Shown here in pieces: positions 37,301 to 47,439 of a stretch of 64,000 nucleotides of DNA. The stretch spans positions 83,568-147,567 of the IMG/VR virus record IMGVR_UViG_3300017917_001336; one strand, given 5' to 3'. Both the position numbers and the translations under genes were made by a program. Below the pieces are notes generated by a model. The model was not told where the DNA came from. It saw nothing but the letters and a program-made list of their open reading frames with translations, and did no database searches. The stretch's first letter is position 1; the number at the start of each line of letters is the position of its first letter. The stretch comes from a virus.

Positions 37301-38119
37301 ATGAGAGTTCTAATCACCGGCCATGAAGGATTCATAGGTCGTAATATGCTTGCCTGGTGTGCAGCAGAAGAAGGTTGGGAAGTTGACGGGTATGAATGGC
37401 ATCCTGTTGAGCGTCCTGATGTCCGAGAATATGATTGGGTAATTCACCTGGGTGCTATTGCTGATATGACGTTTACAGACGTTGATCAGATAATGAAACA
37501 AAACTATGAGTTCAGCCAGTGGCTTTTTGACGAGTGCAACAAACACGGTGTAAACCTACAATATGCAAGTTCTAGTTCTGTTTATGGCGACACTAATGAT
37601 TTTAGTGAACACGCAGCATGCCACCCACAAACACCTTATGCGTGGAGCAAATACCTATTTGATCGTTGGTGGCCACAACAGCGTGTAAAAATTATGGTTC
37701 AAGGATTCCGTTACTTTAATGTATACGGAAAATGGATGCACTTACGAGGTAATCGCGCTAATGCTATAGTTAAATGGCGTAATCAAGCTCGTAAAGAAGG
37801 TAAGATTACAGTATGGGAAAATGCTGAACATATTAAACGTGATTGGACTTGGGTAGGCGATGTTTGCCGTCTGCACATTGATTTTATCAAACACGTAAAT
37901 GGATCCGGTATTTGGAACTGTGGCGCAGGTCTTGCTCATTCATTTTTAGATATTGCTGAAGAAATAGCAGAACAAGAGGGTGTTGAAATAGAGTTTATTC
38001 CTGTTCCAGACGAAGAGAAAACCCGCTTTAGACATAAAACTAAAGCAGATTTAACTAATCTTAAAGCAACCATAGGTAAACGAAAGTGGCTCAACGTATT
38101 TGAGTTTCTAGCTCAGTAA
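37301..38119 (+). CDS. hldD: NAD-dependent epimerase, ADP-L-glycero-D-manno-heptose 6-epimerase-like
   Basis: TGHEGFIG, YASSSSVYG, YAWSK, RYFNVYG, RDWTWV. Confidence 0.75.
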   Translation: MRVLITGHEGFIGRNMLAWCAAEEGWEVDGYEWHPVERPDVREYDWVIHLGAIADMTFTDVDQIMKQNYEFSQWLFDECNKHGVNLQYASSSSVYGDTNDFSEHAACHPQTPYAWSKYLFDRWWPQQRVKIMVQGFRYFNVYGKWMHLRGNRANAIVKWRNQARKEGKITVWENAEHIKRDWTWVGDVCRLHIDFIKHVNGSGIWNCGAGLAHSFLDIAEEIAEQEGVEIEFIPVPDEEKTRFRHKTKADLTNLKATIGKRKWLNVFEFLAQ

Positions 38120-38154
38120 TTCTAATAAATATAGTATTAACTGAGTCGTTTACT

Positions 38155-38928
38155 ATGAGAGCAAAACAATTTTTACCTGAAGCACCGTTAGGCATTAGTC
38201 AAAAACGCCCTTCACGTCAAGGAAGTCGTCCAGAGCGCGGACACGAGCCTGTAGAGCGTTATACTACCACTAAGGAAGAATGGAGCCAAAAGTATAAAAA
38301 TAGCATTAATTGTAGTCACCCTAAAGGTTTTAGCCAAAAGGCTCACTGTGCAGGTAAGAAGAAGCATAACGAATCTGCTGACATGGAAATGACTTGCCCA
38401 GATTGCGGAATGTGTGAAACACACGGCGACCACATGATGGAAGTTAAACAACGTCTTGATGCTAAATGCTGGAAAGGTAAACACAAAGAAGGCACAAAAA
38501 TTAAAGGTGGTGTTCGTGTAAACAACTGTGTACCTAACGAAAGTTTATCAGAAGGTAAAACACAAAAACAAGAAACACCTAAGCCACGTAACTTTGTGGC
38601 AAAGAACGCTATCAATACAGGTGCAGGCGCACACAAAGATAAAAAGAAAGCAGCTAAACAAGGTGATGTTAAGCATAAAGGTAAGATGATGGATCTTGCT
38701 GAAATGGAAGACATTTTAGAAAAAGCAAGTCTTAAACTATGTAAGAGCTCAACACCAGACGAAGATTTAGGTGCTAGTAATCTAGCTTCATGTAAGTCAC
38801 AAGGATTACGTGCCCGTGACGGAAACAAATCGCATAAGTTAGGAAAAACTAAAAAGAGTCGTGTGAAGGTTGGCGGTCACAAGATCAAAGGCAACAAATA
38901 CGGCGGCCCGTTACCTGACTGGAGTTAA
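38155..38928 (+). CDS. basic multi-module late protein
   Basis: Modules INCSHPKGFSQKAHC and CWKG..NCVP separated by x-x-E sites; TAAATA. Confidence 0.6.
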   Translation: MRAKQFLPEAPLGISQKRPSRQGSRPERGHEPVERYTTTKEEWSQKYKNSINCSHPKGFSQKAHCAGKKKHNESADMEMTCPDCGMCETHGDHMMEVKQRLDAKCWKGKHKEGTKIKGGVRVNNCVPNESLSEGKTQKQETPKPRNFVAKNAINTGAGAHKDKKKAAKQGDVKHKGKMMDLAEMEDILEKASLKLCKSSTPDEDLGASNLASCKSQGLRARDGNKSHKLGKTKKSRVKVGGHKIKGNKYGGPLPDWS

Positions 38929-38929
38929 G

Positions 38930-40444
38930 ATGCGATTTTCAGAATTTAAAAGATATTTCTTTGAAGCAGATGGAGAGCCGGGATATTACACTATTGGTGA
39001 TAGCCATGCTAAAGGTATTGCCGATGCCGCAGGTCATCCATGGATTAACAGCGCAGTAGGTGGCAGGACCAGTACAAGTCCAGAAATAAGAGCAAAGGTT
39101 CCTACTGTTACTCCAGGTAGTATCGTAGTAGTTGCCGCAGGAGCCAATGACACAGCAAACTCTTATAGAGCATCTGTAGAAAGTGGAAACAAAGTTAAAC
39201 TTGTAGATCCTAAGGTTATTGCTAGTAATGTAGCAGACTTAGTTAACATGGTCAAGGCACAAAAGCCAAAGAAGATTATATTTTTATTGTTTCCAAATGG
39301 CAAAGGAAGAACAAAAGGTAGCGCCAAGTGGTATAACGGAGATTACCAAGAGGATGTTAGGTCAGCTATCAAATCAGCAGTATCTGGTGTAGAAATTATT
39401 GATCAAAGCGGCTACCCGATTGCTCCAGATCAAATACACTCAGATTGGAATGTATATAGCAGATTAGGTAAAGAAATTGTACAACGCAACCCATTAGGTG
39501 GAATTTCAGGTGCACCTGAAACAAAATCAGGAAGAGAAGTAAATCCAATGCTTGCCCGCCGACATCCAGACTGGAATTTTAACAAGACTGGGTCTTCGGG
39601 AAATCCAGACGAACAACTACAGAAAGAAGGCGAAAAGTTCTTTATCGATGTTCCAACAAGTCGCAGAGGAACAGCAGTACGTGATGTACAACAAGCATTA
39701 GAAAAATTAGGGTATAGTGTTGGCCCTCCAGGGCTTGACGGTCTTCGAGGCAAGTATACTATTGCAGCAGTAAGAGCTTTCCAGCGTGACAACCCACCAT
39801 TAGAACAAGACGGTGACCCGGGCCCAGAAACTGTTGCTAAACTAAACGCTATAATTAAAGCTAAACCAGAAAAGTTCAAAGGTCTAGTTAGAAGTAAACC
39901 AAACCAAGTTAAGTCATGGGGTGGTGGCTCTGCTGAAGCAGATGTTGGTGATTTATTAACTGACACAGATGATAATATTGAACAAGCAAGAAAATCAGCC
40001 GAACAGTACCTTGGTCGTAAAATGAGTGACACTGAGTGGACAGCATTACTTAAAGTAACTGCCGCAGAAGAAAATAATACTGAAGCACTTGGTTGGGTAA
40101 TAGGCGCAATTTTAAATCGCGTTAAGCAAGGAAGCTGGGGTGATGATGTTGTATCAGTCTTAACAGCTGGCGGACAGTTTGAACCAGTAACGGGCACTTA
40201 TGACAAAGTGAACAAACGCTGGTTAGGAAAAGGATTACCCGCACTACCAATTCCTAGCGGAACAAAACTTCGTAAGATCTTAACAGGTGCAACGGAATTC
40301 CTTCCAAGTGTACCAAGTGATATTGTTAACTTTACATCAGCTATTGATGCTGCATATAATAAACCTGGTCATAACATTAGTTATAAAAAACAACTGTTAG
40401 ACCGCGGCGGTGTGCGTAAAGGTAACTCTATCTTTGCTAGATAA
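38930..40444 (+). CDS. virion-associated cell-wall enzyme: SGNH esterase + peptidoglycan-binding + SleB/Hydrolase_2-like domain
   Basis: IGDSHA/GAND/DQIH; VQQALEKLGY..DGLRGKYTIAAVRAFQ..DGDPGPET; AAEE..ILNRV..GQFEPV. Confidence 0.75.
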   Translation: MRFSEFKRYFFEADGEPGYYTIGDSHAKGIADAAGHPWINSAVGGRTSTSPEIRAKVPTVTPGSIVVVAAGANDTANSYRASVESGNKVKLVDPKVIASNVADLVNMVKAQKPKKIIFLLFPNGKGRTKGSAKWYNGDYQEDVRSAIKSAVSGVEIIDQSGYPIAPDQIHSDWNVYSRLGKEIVQRNPLGGISGAPETKSGREVNPMLARRHPDWNFNKTGSSGNPDEQLQKEGEKFFIDVPTSRRGTAVRDVQQALEKLGYSVGPPGLDGLRGKYTIAAVRAFQRDNPPLEQDGDPGPETVAKLNAIIKAKPEKFKGLVRSKPNQVKSWGGGSAEADVGDLLTDTDDNIEQARKSAEQYLGRKMSDTEWTALLKVTAAEENNTEALGWVIGAILNRVKQGSWGDDVVSVLTAGGQFEPVTGTYDKVNKRWLGKGLPALPIPSGTKLRKILTGATEFLPSVPSDIVNFTSAIDAAYNKPGHNISYKKQLLDRGGVRKGNSIFAR

Positions 40445-40468
40445 GATTCATAGGAGCGTAAATACGCT

Positions 40469-41017
40469 ATGAATTTAATTGGCAATTTATTAATCGCACC
40501 ACCCGCAGTCAAAGGTAACTTCTGGTATAAAACAGTTATCATGGTAACTGAAAACCACATGCAGGGATCAGTCGGTCTTGTACTAAACAAGCGAAGTCAT
40601 ATGTCTATTAAAGAGTTTGGATCAGAGCTCGGGTACGACATAGACTTACCTGGATTTGTTTATCTTGGCGGCCCTGTTAATGTAAAGAGTCTTAGTTTCT
40701 TACATAGCAACGAATGGGTAAGCAAGAACACAATGCGTATCAGTAACGAGTTTAGTCTAAGCTCGGCAGATGACATACTTCCTCGTTTAGCTATGGGTGA
40801 TACTCCAGAACGTTGGAGATTATTTTTGGGCATGTGTGGTTGGGCACATGGACAGCTAGCAGGCGAAATAAAAGGAAAAGCACCTTGGACACATGAAACA
40901 AGTTGGCTTTTGGCTAGTGCTGATTCAGAATTGGTTTTTGGCAACGATAATAAAGAACAATGGTGCAACGCCATTGATAGAGCCGGTTTAGAGTTTGCTC
41001 AAAATATGTTGGCATAA
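40469..41017 (+). CDS. algH: YqgE/AlgH family protein
   Basis: LLIAPP, GSVGLVLNK, YLGGPV, LGMCGWAHGQLAGEI. Confidence 0.88.
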   Translation: MNLIGNLLIAPPAVKGNFWYKTVIMVTENHMQGSVGLVLNKRSHMSIKEFGSELGYDIDLPGFVYLGGPVNVKSLSFLHSNEWVSKNTMRISNEFSLSSADDILPRLAMGDTPERWRLFLGMCGWAHGQLAGEIKGKAPWTHETSWLLASADSELVFGNDNKEQWCNAIDRAGLEFAQNMLA

Positions 41018-41085
41018 ATAACTTTTGAGTGTATAATATATACTTCATAGGTTGGGTCTGTAACACAATCGAAAGAGGTAAAAAA

Positions 41086-41604
41086 ATGTCAGACACGTTG
41101 GTCTTGAATGCCGACGGATTGCCTGTAAGCGTAATGCCGTTGAGCGTAATCCCTTGGGAAGAAAGCATCAAGTACATGGTTTTAGATAAAGCCGATGTAT
41201 TGCTATGGCACGAAAATTGGATCGTGCATTCTGCTACTTGGGAAACACCAGTCCCTTCTGTTATCATGTTACGTGAGTACATGAAAGCAAAGCAAACAGT
41301 TCGTTTCTCAAGAGCGAATGTTTACTTGCGAGATGATGGAAAATGTATGTATTGCGGTACACATGTAGAACGCAAGGACTCAACATTGGACCACGTACAC
41401 CCAATTTCAAAGGGTGGTAAAACTACGTGGGAAAATACAGTTACCGCTTGCGGTCCATGTAATGCTGACAAGGCAGATAAGACCCATACTCATAAGCCTA
41501 AAATCAAACCTTATAAGCCTGACTACTACGAACTTGTAAATAAGCGTAAGAAGCAAGGCTTCCATAACTTAAGGTTTCAAGAATGGCTCCAATTCATCGC
41601 TTAA
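41086..41604 (+). CDS. HNH endonuclease
   Basis: LVLNAD, RDDGKCMYCG, TLDHVHPISKGG..WENTVTACGPCN. Confidence 0.9.
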   Translation: MSDTLVLNADGLPVSVMPLSVIPWEESIKYMVLDKADVLLWHENWIVHSATWETPVPSVIMLREYMKAKQTVRFSRANVYLRDDGKCMYCGTHVERKDSTLDHVHPISKGGKTTWENTVTACGPCNADKADKTHTHKPKIKPYKPDYYELVNKRKKQGFHNLRFQEWLQFIA

Positions 41605-42020
41605 AAAAAGTCCTCTGGACTACACTAGGTCTACTTAGTTTAGGAATGGCCTATATAGGGGTTGTCACACCTGGCATCCCCTATTCTCCTTTTGTAGTAT
41701 TTGCTGCATACTGTTTTAGCAAAGGCAGTGAGCGTTTGCATCGTTGGATTTATAATCATAAGCTGTTTGGACCATTTCTTACTAATTGGGGTCAGAAGCG
41801 TGTGTTTCCGCTTAAACTAAAATTTTTTATGCTGGGTATGATGAGTCTTAGTCTAGTACTCATGTACACAGGAGGAGTTCCACTTCGTGGTATATACTAT
41901 ACTGGTGCTTTTATGGCCTGTGTTGCCGTTTGGGCTTGGCGTTATCCTTCCTCTGTTGCCGAATATGATAAGCGTATTGAAGAAGGCCGTAAGATAGGTT
42001 GGTTTAACAATTACATATGA
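41583..42020 (+). CDS. ybaN: YbaN (DUF454) inner-membrane protein
   Basis: GVVTPGIPYSPF..AAYCFSKGSERLHRW..HKLFGPFL. Confidence 0.85.
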   Translation: MAPIHRLKKVLWTTLGLLSLGMAYIGVVTPGIPYSPFVVFAAYCFSKGSERLHRWIYNHKLFGPFLTNWGQKRVFPLKLKFFMLGMMSLSLVLMYTGGVPLRGIYYTGAFMACVAVWAWRYPSSVAEYDKRIEEGRKIGWFNNYI

Positions 42021-42724
42021 AACTCCTAGAGCTTGAAAATAGAAATGGAGAGCTTTGGAGTGGTGGAGATACGCCTACAAAGTTTCAACGTAATTTAGAA
42101 TTACAGCCTGCAAATTGGTTGTGGCGTACTAAAGAAGTAAAATACACTCTTAACGAACAAAAGTATCGAGCACCGTCTTGGGACACAGTCGACTGGGCTA
42201 ACAGTATTATTTTCTTTGGCGACAGTATGGTATATGGAGTAGGTGCAAGCGACGAAGATACTGTAGCACATCAGCTAAGTTTGCAAATGAACTGCCCTGT
42301 TATCAATTTAGGACAAGGGGAAGTTGGACTTGGGTTTTACTGGGGCAATGCAATTATCCTGCGAGAACATAATATTAAACCAAAAGCAGTATGTTTTGTG
42401 TGGCCTGATAGGATCCGACAATGCGAGTACTTGTCAGACGTAAAGACAATTAATTACGGGCCTTGGAACTATGATAAAAGCTGGATGCTGCCTTTAGCAA
42501 CGCATAACAAGCACAACTATCATTGGGCTAAATTTATGGTCCGTAACCTAAGATTGCTTTGGGCAGATGTTCCAGTAGCAGAAGGCACATGGTATGACAG
42601 CATGTCATGGACAGGAGCTCCTCTTTTACCGTTTGATGATTACAGTAGAGATATGGAACATGCTGGTCCAGAGAGCTACAAATTAAGTGCTACTATATTT
42701 GCTAGCCAGCTAAAGGAACTATAA
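42017..42724 (+). CDS. SGNH-like hydrolase
   Basis: FFGDSMVYGVG, INLG, RDMEHAG. Confidence 0.65.
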   Translation: MKLLELENRNGELWSGGDTPTKFQRNLELQPANWLWRTKEVKYTLNEQKYRAPSWDTVDWANSIIFFGDSMVYGVGASDEDTVAHQLSLQMNCPVINLGQGEVGLGFYWGNAIILREHNIKPKAVCFVWPDRIRQCEYLSDVKTINYGPWNYDKSWMLPLATHNKHNYHWAKFMVRNLRLLWADVPVAEGTWYDSMSWTGAPLLPFDDYSRDMEHAGPESYKLSATIFASQLKEL

Positions 42725-42757
42725 ACTAAATAGTAGTTGTTATCAAGGACAATTACA

Positions 42758-43570
42758 ATGAAGAAGTTTTTAGTTTTGCTAGCACTTGTTTCTACACAAG
42801 TGTTTGCATGGGAGCAACGTGCCCCATTACCCGTACAAAATTGCCAAGTACACAGCCCTTATGGATGGGCACAATCCAGTAGACCAGCAAGTCCAATTTG
42901 CCGAGAAGCATATCTAGTAGCATACGATGCTCCGGTTAAGATTCCGGCTTATGTTGCCTACACACTACTTCCACAAAACGCCTTAGGATGCTTTCCACGT
43001 ACGAACGCATTCGTTGCGGATCAGTCAGTTCCAGGAGGTGCTACTCCTAATGACTACGCAGGCACAGGCTACGACAAAGGACATGCTGCTCCCGATGGTG
43101 ACCTAAGTTGGTCACAGATTGTGGAGTATGAGAGTTTCCTAATGACAAATATGTACCCACAACACGGATCATTAAATCGTGGCATATGGAAACTACTAGA
43201 AACTTCAGTACGTGGGTGGACGGTACAGCAGAATCGTCCGTTTACTATCTACGTGGGGGCATTCTATGGCGCTGGTGATCCATTTATTGGTAATGGAGTT
43301 ATTGTTCCACACGGTTACTATAAAATCGTTATTGACCAACAAACAGGTGCTATTGCTGGCTGGGCATTCCCACATACTAAACCATATGTTAATTTAGGCA
43401 ATGACTTAACTAAGTTTCGTGTGCCGGTAGCACAAATACAACAACAAGCAGGGATCACATTCAAGTATCCTGCTAACGCAAAAGAATTACAACCAGGACA
43501 AGAGTGGCCTGTAGACTATGGAGCATTAACAAATGCTAAACGTGCTAAGTGTGGTAAAAATGCAGAATGA
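42758..43570 (+). CDS. secreted DNA/RNA non-specific endonuclease (NucA/EndoG family)
   Basis: Signal peptide; YDKGHAAP, TNMYPQ..LNRGIW..LE. Confidence 0.9.
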   Translation: MKKFLVLLALVSTQVFAWEQRAPLPVQNCQVHSPYGWAQSSRPASPICREAYLVAYDAPVKIPAYVAYTLLPQNALGCFPRTNAFVADQSVPGGATPNDYAGTGYDKGHAAPDGDLSWSQIVEYESFLMTNMYPQHGSLNRGIWKLLETSVRGWTVQQNRPFTIYVGAFYGAGDPFIGNGVIVPHGYYKIVIDQQTGAIAGWAFPHTKPYVNLGNDLTKFRVPVAQIQQQAGITFKYPANAKELQPGQEWPVDYGALTNAKRAKCGKNAE

Positions 43571-43684
43571 TCCAAATGACTATCCAGTATATCCAGAAGA
43601 TGACGGTTACGATCGTCCAAGAAACCCTTATAGCCCTGTATGAAGGATTAGCCCGCTTTGGTTGCGGCCTAGGAGGAATACCTT

Positions 43685-44119
43685 ATGAGAATGAATGAAG
43701 TTTTAAACGAAGATTGGCAAAAAGTCAACAAGCATGATAAGACAGATGGCATGAGTTCTAAAGCTGTCAAAGCATATCGCAGAGAAAATCCAGGCAGCAA
43801 ATTAAAAACTGCTGTAACTACTAAACCTAGCAAACTTAAAAAAGGATCTAAGTCTGCTAAACGTCGCAAGAGTTTTTGCGCCAGGATGAGTGGTATGAAG
43901 AAAGCACATGCTAGTGCTAAGACTAAGAGAGATCCAGATAGCCCAATCAATAAAGCACTACGTCGTTGGAACTGCGAAAGCATCGAACAATTAGAACAAA
44001 TGGTGGCAGAAGCAGAAAAGACTTTAAGAAACTCAAATCCATGCTGGAAGGGTTACAAGCCAGTTGGCACAAAGAAAAAAGGTGGACGCACAGTTCCTAA
44101 CTGTGTACCAAAAGAGTAA
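43685..44119 (+). CDS. basic late protein (RRKSFCARM..ALRRWNC; CWKGY..NCVP module)
   Basis: GGAGG RBS; shares a module with 38155..38928. Confidence 0.65.
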   Translation: MRMNEVLNEDWQKVNKHDKTDGMSSKAVKAYRRENPGSKLKTAVTTKPSKLKKGSKSAKRRKSFCARMSGMKKAHASAKTKRDPDSPINKALRRWNCESIEQLEQMVAEAEKTLRNSNPCWKGYKPVGTKKKGGRTVPNCVPKE

Positions 44120-45607
44120 ATGAGATCTAAAGAGTTTACGCCAGGCAACAGAGATTTAATTATCTTTGATATTGACGATACACTACTTCATACGACTGCT
44201 AAAATTAAAGTCATAGATGCCAACGGCAATATAGTAAGAGATTTAACTAATCAAGAGTTTAACAATTACCAACTCCGCCCAGGCGAGCAATTTGATTTTG
44301 GAGAGTTTCGTAGTGCTGAAAAGTTTCGTCAAGAAAGCCAGCCTATTGTCCCAATGATACGTAAACTCAAAACAATATTATCGCATGCCGGTACTGCTAA
44401 AGTTATCATGCTTACCGCTCGCGCAGATTTTGATAATAAAGAAGAATTCCTACAAACATTTCAAGACTTAGGAATTGACATGAGTCGTGTGCATGTTCAT
44501 CGCGCAGGCAACTTACCTGGCAACGAACCACCAGCGTACAAAAAAGCAGTTTGGGTACGCAAGTATTTAGATACGCAACAGTATGGGCATGTTCGCTTAT
44601 ATGACGACAGCATGAGCAATTTAAAAGTCTTCAAAGAACTAAAAAATGAGTATCCTCAGGTAGACTTTAGAGCATTATATGTAGGCCCTACTGGCAGCAC
44701 ACAAGTAGTCGAAAATCAAGATGATTATGAAATACGCAATTACGAAAAGTTAGATAATATATTGCATGAACTAACAAACTTAGTAATTAAAGGACAAAAG
44801 AAAGACCCTGACAAATACGGCATGGTTGCAGCCGCAGTATTAGATATGGACAACAATCTTGTTCAAGGTATTAATTCTCCAGCATCTGACGGGAAACGTA
44901 AACATGCTGAGCGAGTTGCTATTGATAGATATGTAAAACAATATGGAGATATTCCAGAAGGAAGTATTATCATAACAACTTGTAGTCCGTGCAGTGAGTA
45001 TATGGACGAAAGGTATGGAGAAGATTGCACAGAATTAATTAATCAACACGGTGTTAAAAAAGTCTATGCAGGGTACATGGATCCGACACAAGAGGAAGAA
45101 CATAGAGATTTTAATATTATAGAAACTGAAAACAGTTCTATAAGAGATATGTGTAAAGAGTTTGCTGATACTTTTTTACATTTAAGAGAAAGCTACAAAT
45201 CAATAAAAGAATTTGCACCTGATGACGGATCAGGCGATGAAGAAGAAACATTACTTAAATATGCACGTTTGTGGTATAGAGGTAACTTAGATACACAACA
45301 ACAAGTTGAAAAAGTACTAGCTCGCATGGGTTGGGAAATTGGAGAGCTAGAGTCAGAAGAAGGCGGCGCATTTGTTGTGCAATCTGGAGACGAACACGGC
45401 AATAGTTATATAGGCTTTGCCGCTGACGACTTACTAGAAAACTTTGCAGATGGAAAGAATCCTGGACGCAAAGGTTTAGCAAAGCGTAGTGGAGTGAATT
45501 GTAAAGCAAGTGTTTCTACGCTACGTAATGTAGCAAAAAATAGTAGCGGTGAAAAGCAACGTATGGCACATTGGTGTGCTAATATGAAAAGCGGGAGAAA
45601 GAAATGA
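44120..45607 (+). CDS. multidomain protein: HAD phosphatase + cytidine-deaminase-like domain + small modules
   Basis: IFDIDDTL, LTAR, YDD..N; HAE...SPC...C. Confidence 0.7.
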   Translation: MRSKEFTPGNRDLIIFDIDDTLLHTTAKIKVIDANGNIVRDLTNQEFNNYQLRPGEQFDFGEFRSAEKFRQESQPIVPMIRKLKTILSHAGTAKVIMLTARADFDNKEEFLQTFQDLGIDMSRVHVHRAGNLPGNEPPAYKKAVWVRKYLDTQQYGHVRLYDDSMSNLKVFKELKNEYPQVDFRALYVGPTGSTQVVENQDDYEIRNYEKLDNILHELTNLVIKGQKKDPDKYGMVAAAVLDMDNNLVQGINSPASDGKRKHAERVAIDRYVKQYGDIPEGSIIITTCSPCSEYMDERYGEDCTELINQHGVKKVYAGYMDPTQEEEHRDFNIIETENSSIRDMCKEFADTFLHLRESYKSIKEFAPDDGSGDEEETLLKYARLWYRGNLDTQQQVEKVLARMGWEIGELESEEGGAFVVQSGDEHGNSYIGFAADDLLENFADGKNPGRKGLAKRSGVNCKASVSTLRNVAKNSSGEKQRMAHWCANMKSGRKK

Positions 45608-45987
45608 AAAAGTTTTTAGTAGTGCTCGCAGTTGTAAGTTTAACAGGTTGTTCAACAATTAAAGATTGGATACCAGTTAGATGGGATGCCAATCAAAGTC
45701 AATCAATTACAACGATTCAACAAACAACACGTAACTTTGATTGTAAGGGTGATATTGCTCAACAAGCAAAAGATTTATCCGGAAAAATACAATGGTTCAC
45801 AATCTATTCAGAGTCTAAGCCAACCCGTGATGTTATTGGGCCAATTGGACATATGAATGATACAGTTAAGGAACTTGTTGACCGTAGCTCAAAAGGTCCA
45901 GTAAGTCCTATGTATTGTGAAATTAAAAAGAAGCTAATGATACAACAAGCTGATATGGTTGCACATACAGTTCAGGGGAGATTCTAA
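45604..45987 (+). CDS. lipoprotein
   Basis: Lipobox LTGC. Confidence 0.7.
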   Translation: MKKFLVVLAVVSLTGCSTIKDWIPVRWDANQSQSITTIQQTTRNFDCKGDIAQQAKDLSGKIQWFTIYSESKPTRDVIGPIGHMNDTVKELVDRSSKGPVSPMYCEIKKKLMIQQADMVAHTVQGRF

Positions 45988-46223
45988 TGCAAAACGAATT
46001 ATTACAATTAGCAGGATGTGGTTTACCTTGGGCAGAACAACGTGCTCAATATGCTATACAGATTGCAGAAGCTAATCAACGCGGTGAAATATCAGCAGAC
46101 GAAGCTCGTGCGTTGTTAGAGGATTTAGTTAATACTGATAAGTTAAACGAAGAAGCTAGTAATGCAGAAGCTCGCGCTATGCTAGTGTTTGGTGTTACTC
46201 AAATTGCTCGAATGCTTGTTTAA
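45987..46223 (+). CDS. hypothetical protein
   Basis: TAATG coupling. Confidence 0.6.
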   Translation: MQNELLQLAGCGLPWAEQRAQYAIQIAEANQRGEISADEARALLEDLVNTDKLNEEASNAEARAMLVFGVTQIARMLV

Positions 46224-47397
46224 GCGCATCTACTAAATCTTCAATCATTCCGTCATCATGAAACGGTGACGGAGCAAATCGTAAACGTTCAGTTCCAACG
46301 TCTACAGTTGGATAGTTAATAGGCTGAACATAAATTCCATGTTCAGCTAACAAATAATCACTCATTGCTTTACACTTTTTAGCATCTCCAACAAGCACAG
46401 GAATGATGTGTGTAGTACTGCATTCCATAACTGTAATTCCTGCTTTATTCAACCGATGTCTTAACTTACGAGCACGTTCTTGATGCTTTTCTCTAACTTC
46501 GTTATGCTCTTTTAAATATTTAATAGCAGCTAATGCACCTGCACAACTAACAGGACTCATAGAAGTAGTAAAAATAAATCCAGCTGCAATACTTCGAATA
46601 CAATCAACTACATCTGCATCGGCAGCAATATAACCACCTTGGACTCCAAACGCTTTGCCAAGTGTTCCGTTGACTATGTCTACTTGATCCTGTAATCCTA
46701 ATTCTTCTAGTTTGCCGGCACCTGTTGCACCGTAAAGTCCTACCGCATGTACTTCATCAATATAAGTGATTGCTTTATACTTTTTAGCTAATTTGCATAT
46801 ATCAGCTATTGGACTAACATCGCCATCCATACTATAAACAGACTCAAACACTACACACGGCGTTTTTCCTTGTGCAAAACTAATTTTTAGCTTCTGTTCT
46901 AGATCATCTAAGTTATTGTGTTCAAAGATAACTTTTGGAGCACGGCTATGATTAATACCAACAATGATACTATTGTGATTGTTGCTGTCGCTAATGAATT
47001 CTAAATTTGGAACAATTTTAGATAGTGCTATAAGTGTCCATTCATTTGCCACATACGCACTTGAAAATAACAATGCACGTTCTTTTTTATGTAGTGTAGA
47101 AAGCTCGTGCTCTAGTGCTTTATGATAGTGACTTGAACCTCCTATATTCCGTGTACCGCCCGAACCAGAGCCTGTGTGGTCTAAGGCTGTGTGCATAGCA
47201 TCTAGCACAACTTTGTGCTGTCCCATGCCAAGGTAATCGTTCGAACACCAGTTTACTATGTTCTTAATGTTATACGGTCCGTACCAGATAGCCGTAGGAA
47301 ACTTGCCTGCTTCACGCACAATGTCGTTAAACACGCGATATTTGCCAGTTTCTTTTAAGTTTTCTAGTAGTTTTTTAAAAGGTTCTTTGTTTATCAT
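46195..47397 (-). CDS. hemA: 5-aminolevulinate synthase (PLP-dependent, Shemin pathway)
   Basis: [71 protein letters not shown]. Confidence 0.93.
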   Translation of the reverse strand: MINKEPFKKLLENLKETGKYRVFNDIVREAGKFPTAIWYGPYNIKNIVNWCSNDYLGMGQHKVVLDAMHTALDHTGSGSGGTRNIGGSSHYHKALEHELSTLHKKERALLFSSAYVANEWTLIALSKIVPNLEFISDSNNHNSIIVGINHSRAPKVIFEHNNLDDLEQKLKISFAQGKTPCVVFESVYSMDGDVSPIADICKLAKKYKAITYIDEVHAVGLYGATGAGKLEELGLQDQVDIVNGTLGKAFGVQGGYIAADADVVDCIRSIAAGFIFTTSMSPVSCAGALAAIKYLKEHNEVREKHQERARKLRHRLNKAGITVMECSTTHIIPVLVGDAKKCKAMSDYLLAEHGIYVQPINYPTVDVGTERLRFAPSPFHDDGMIEDLVDALKQAFEQFE

Positions 47398-47439
47398 AGT
47401 CAGCTATTTAACGCTAAATATAAAACATGGGGATCAATT

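Noticed and set aside
41086-41604. HNH as an intron-encoded homing endonuclease
   Set aside because: Free-standing between intact genes; no interrupted host gene or intron core seen.
43560-43643. 27-aa Pro/Asp/Tyr-rich micro-ORF (MQNDPNDYPVYPEDDGYDRPRNPYSPV)
   Set aside because: Plausible but has no clear RBS and is too short to support.
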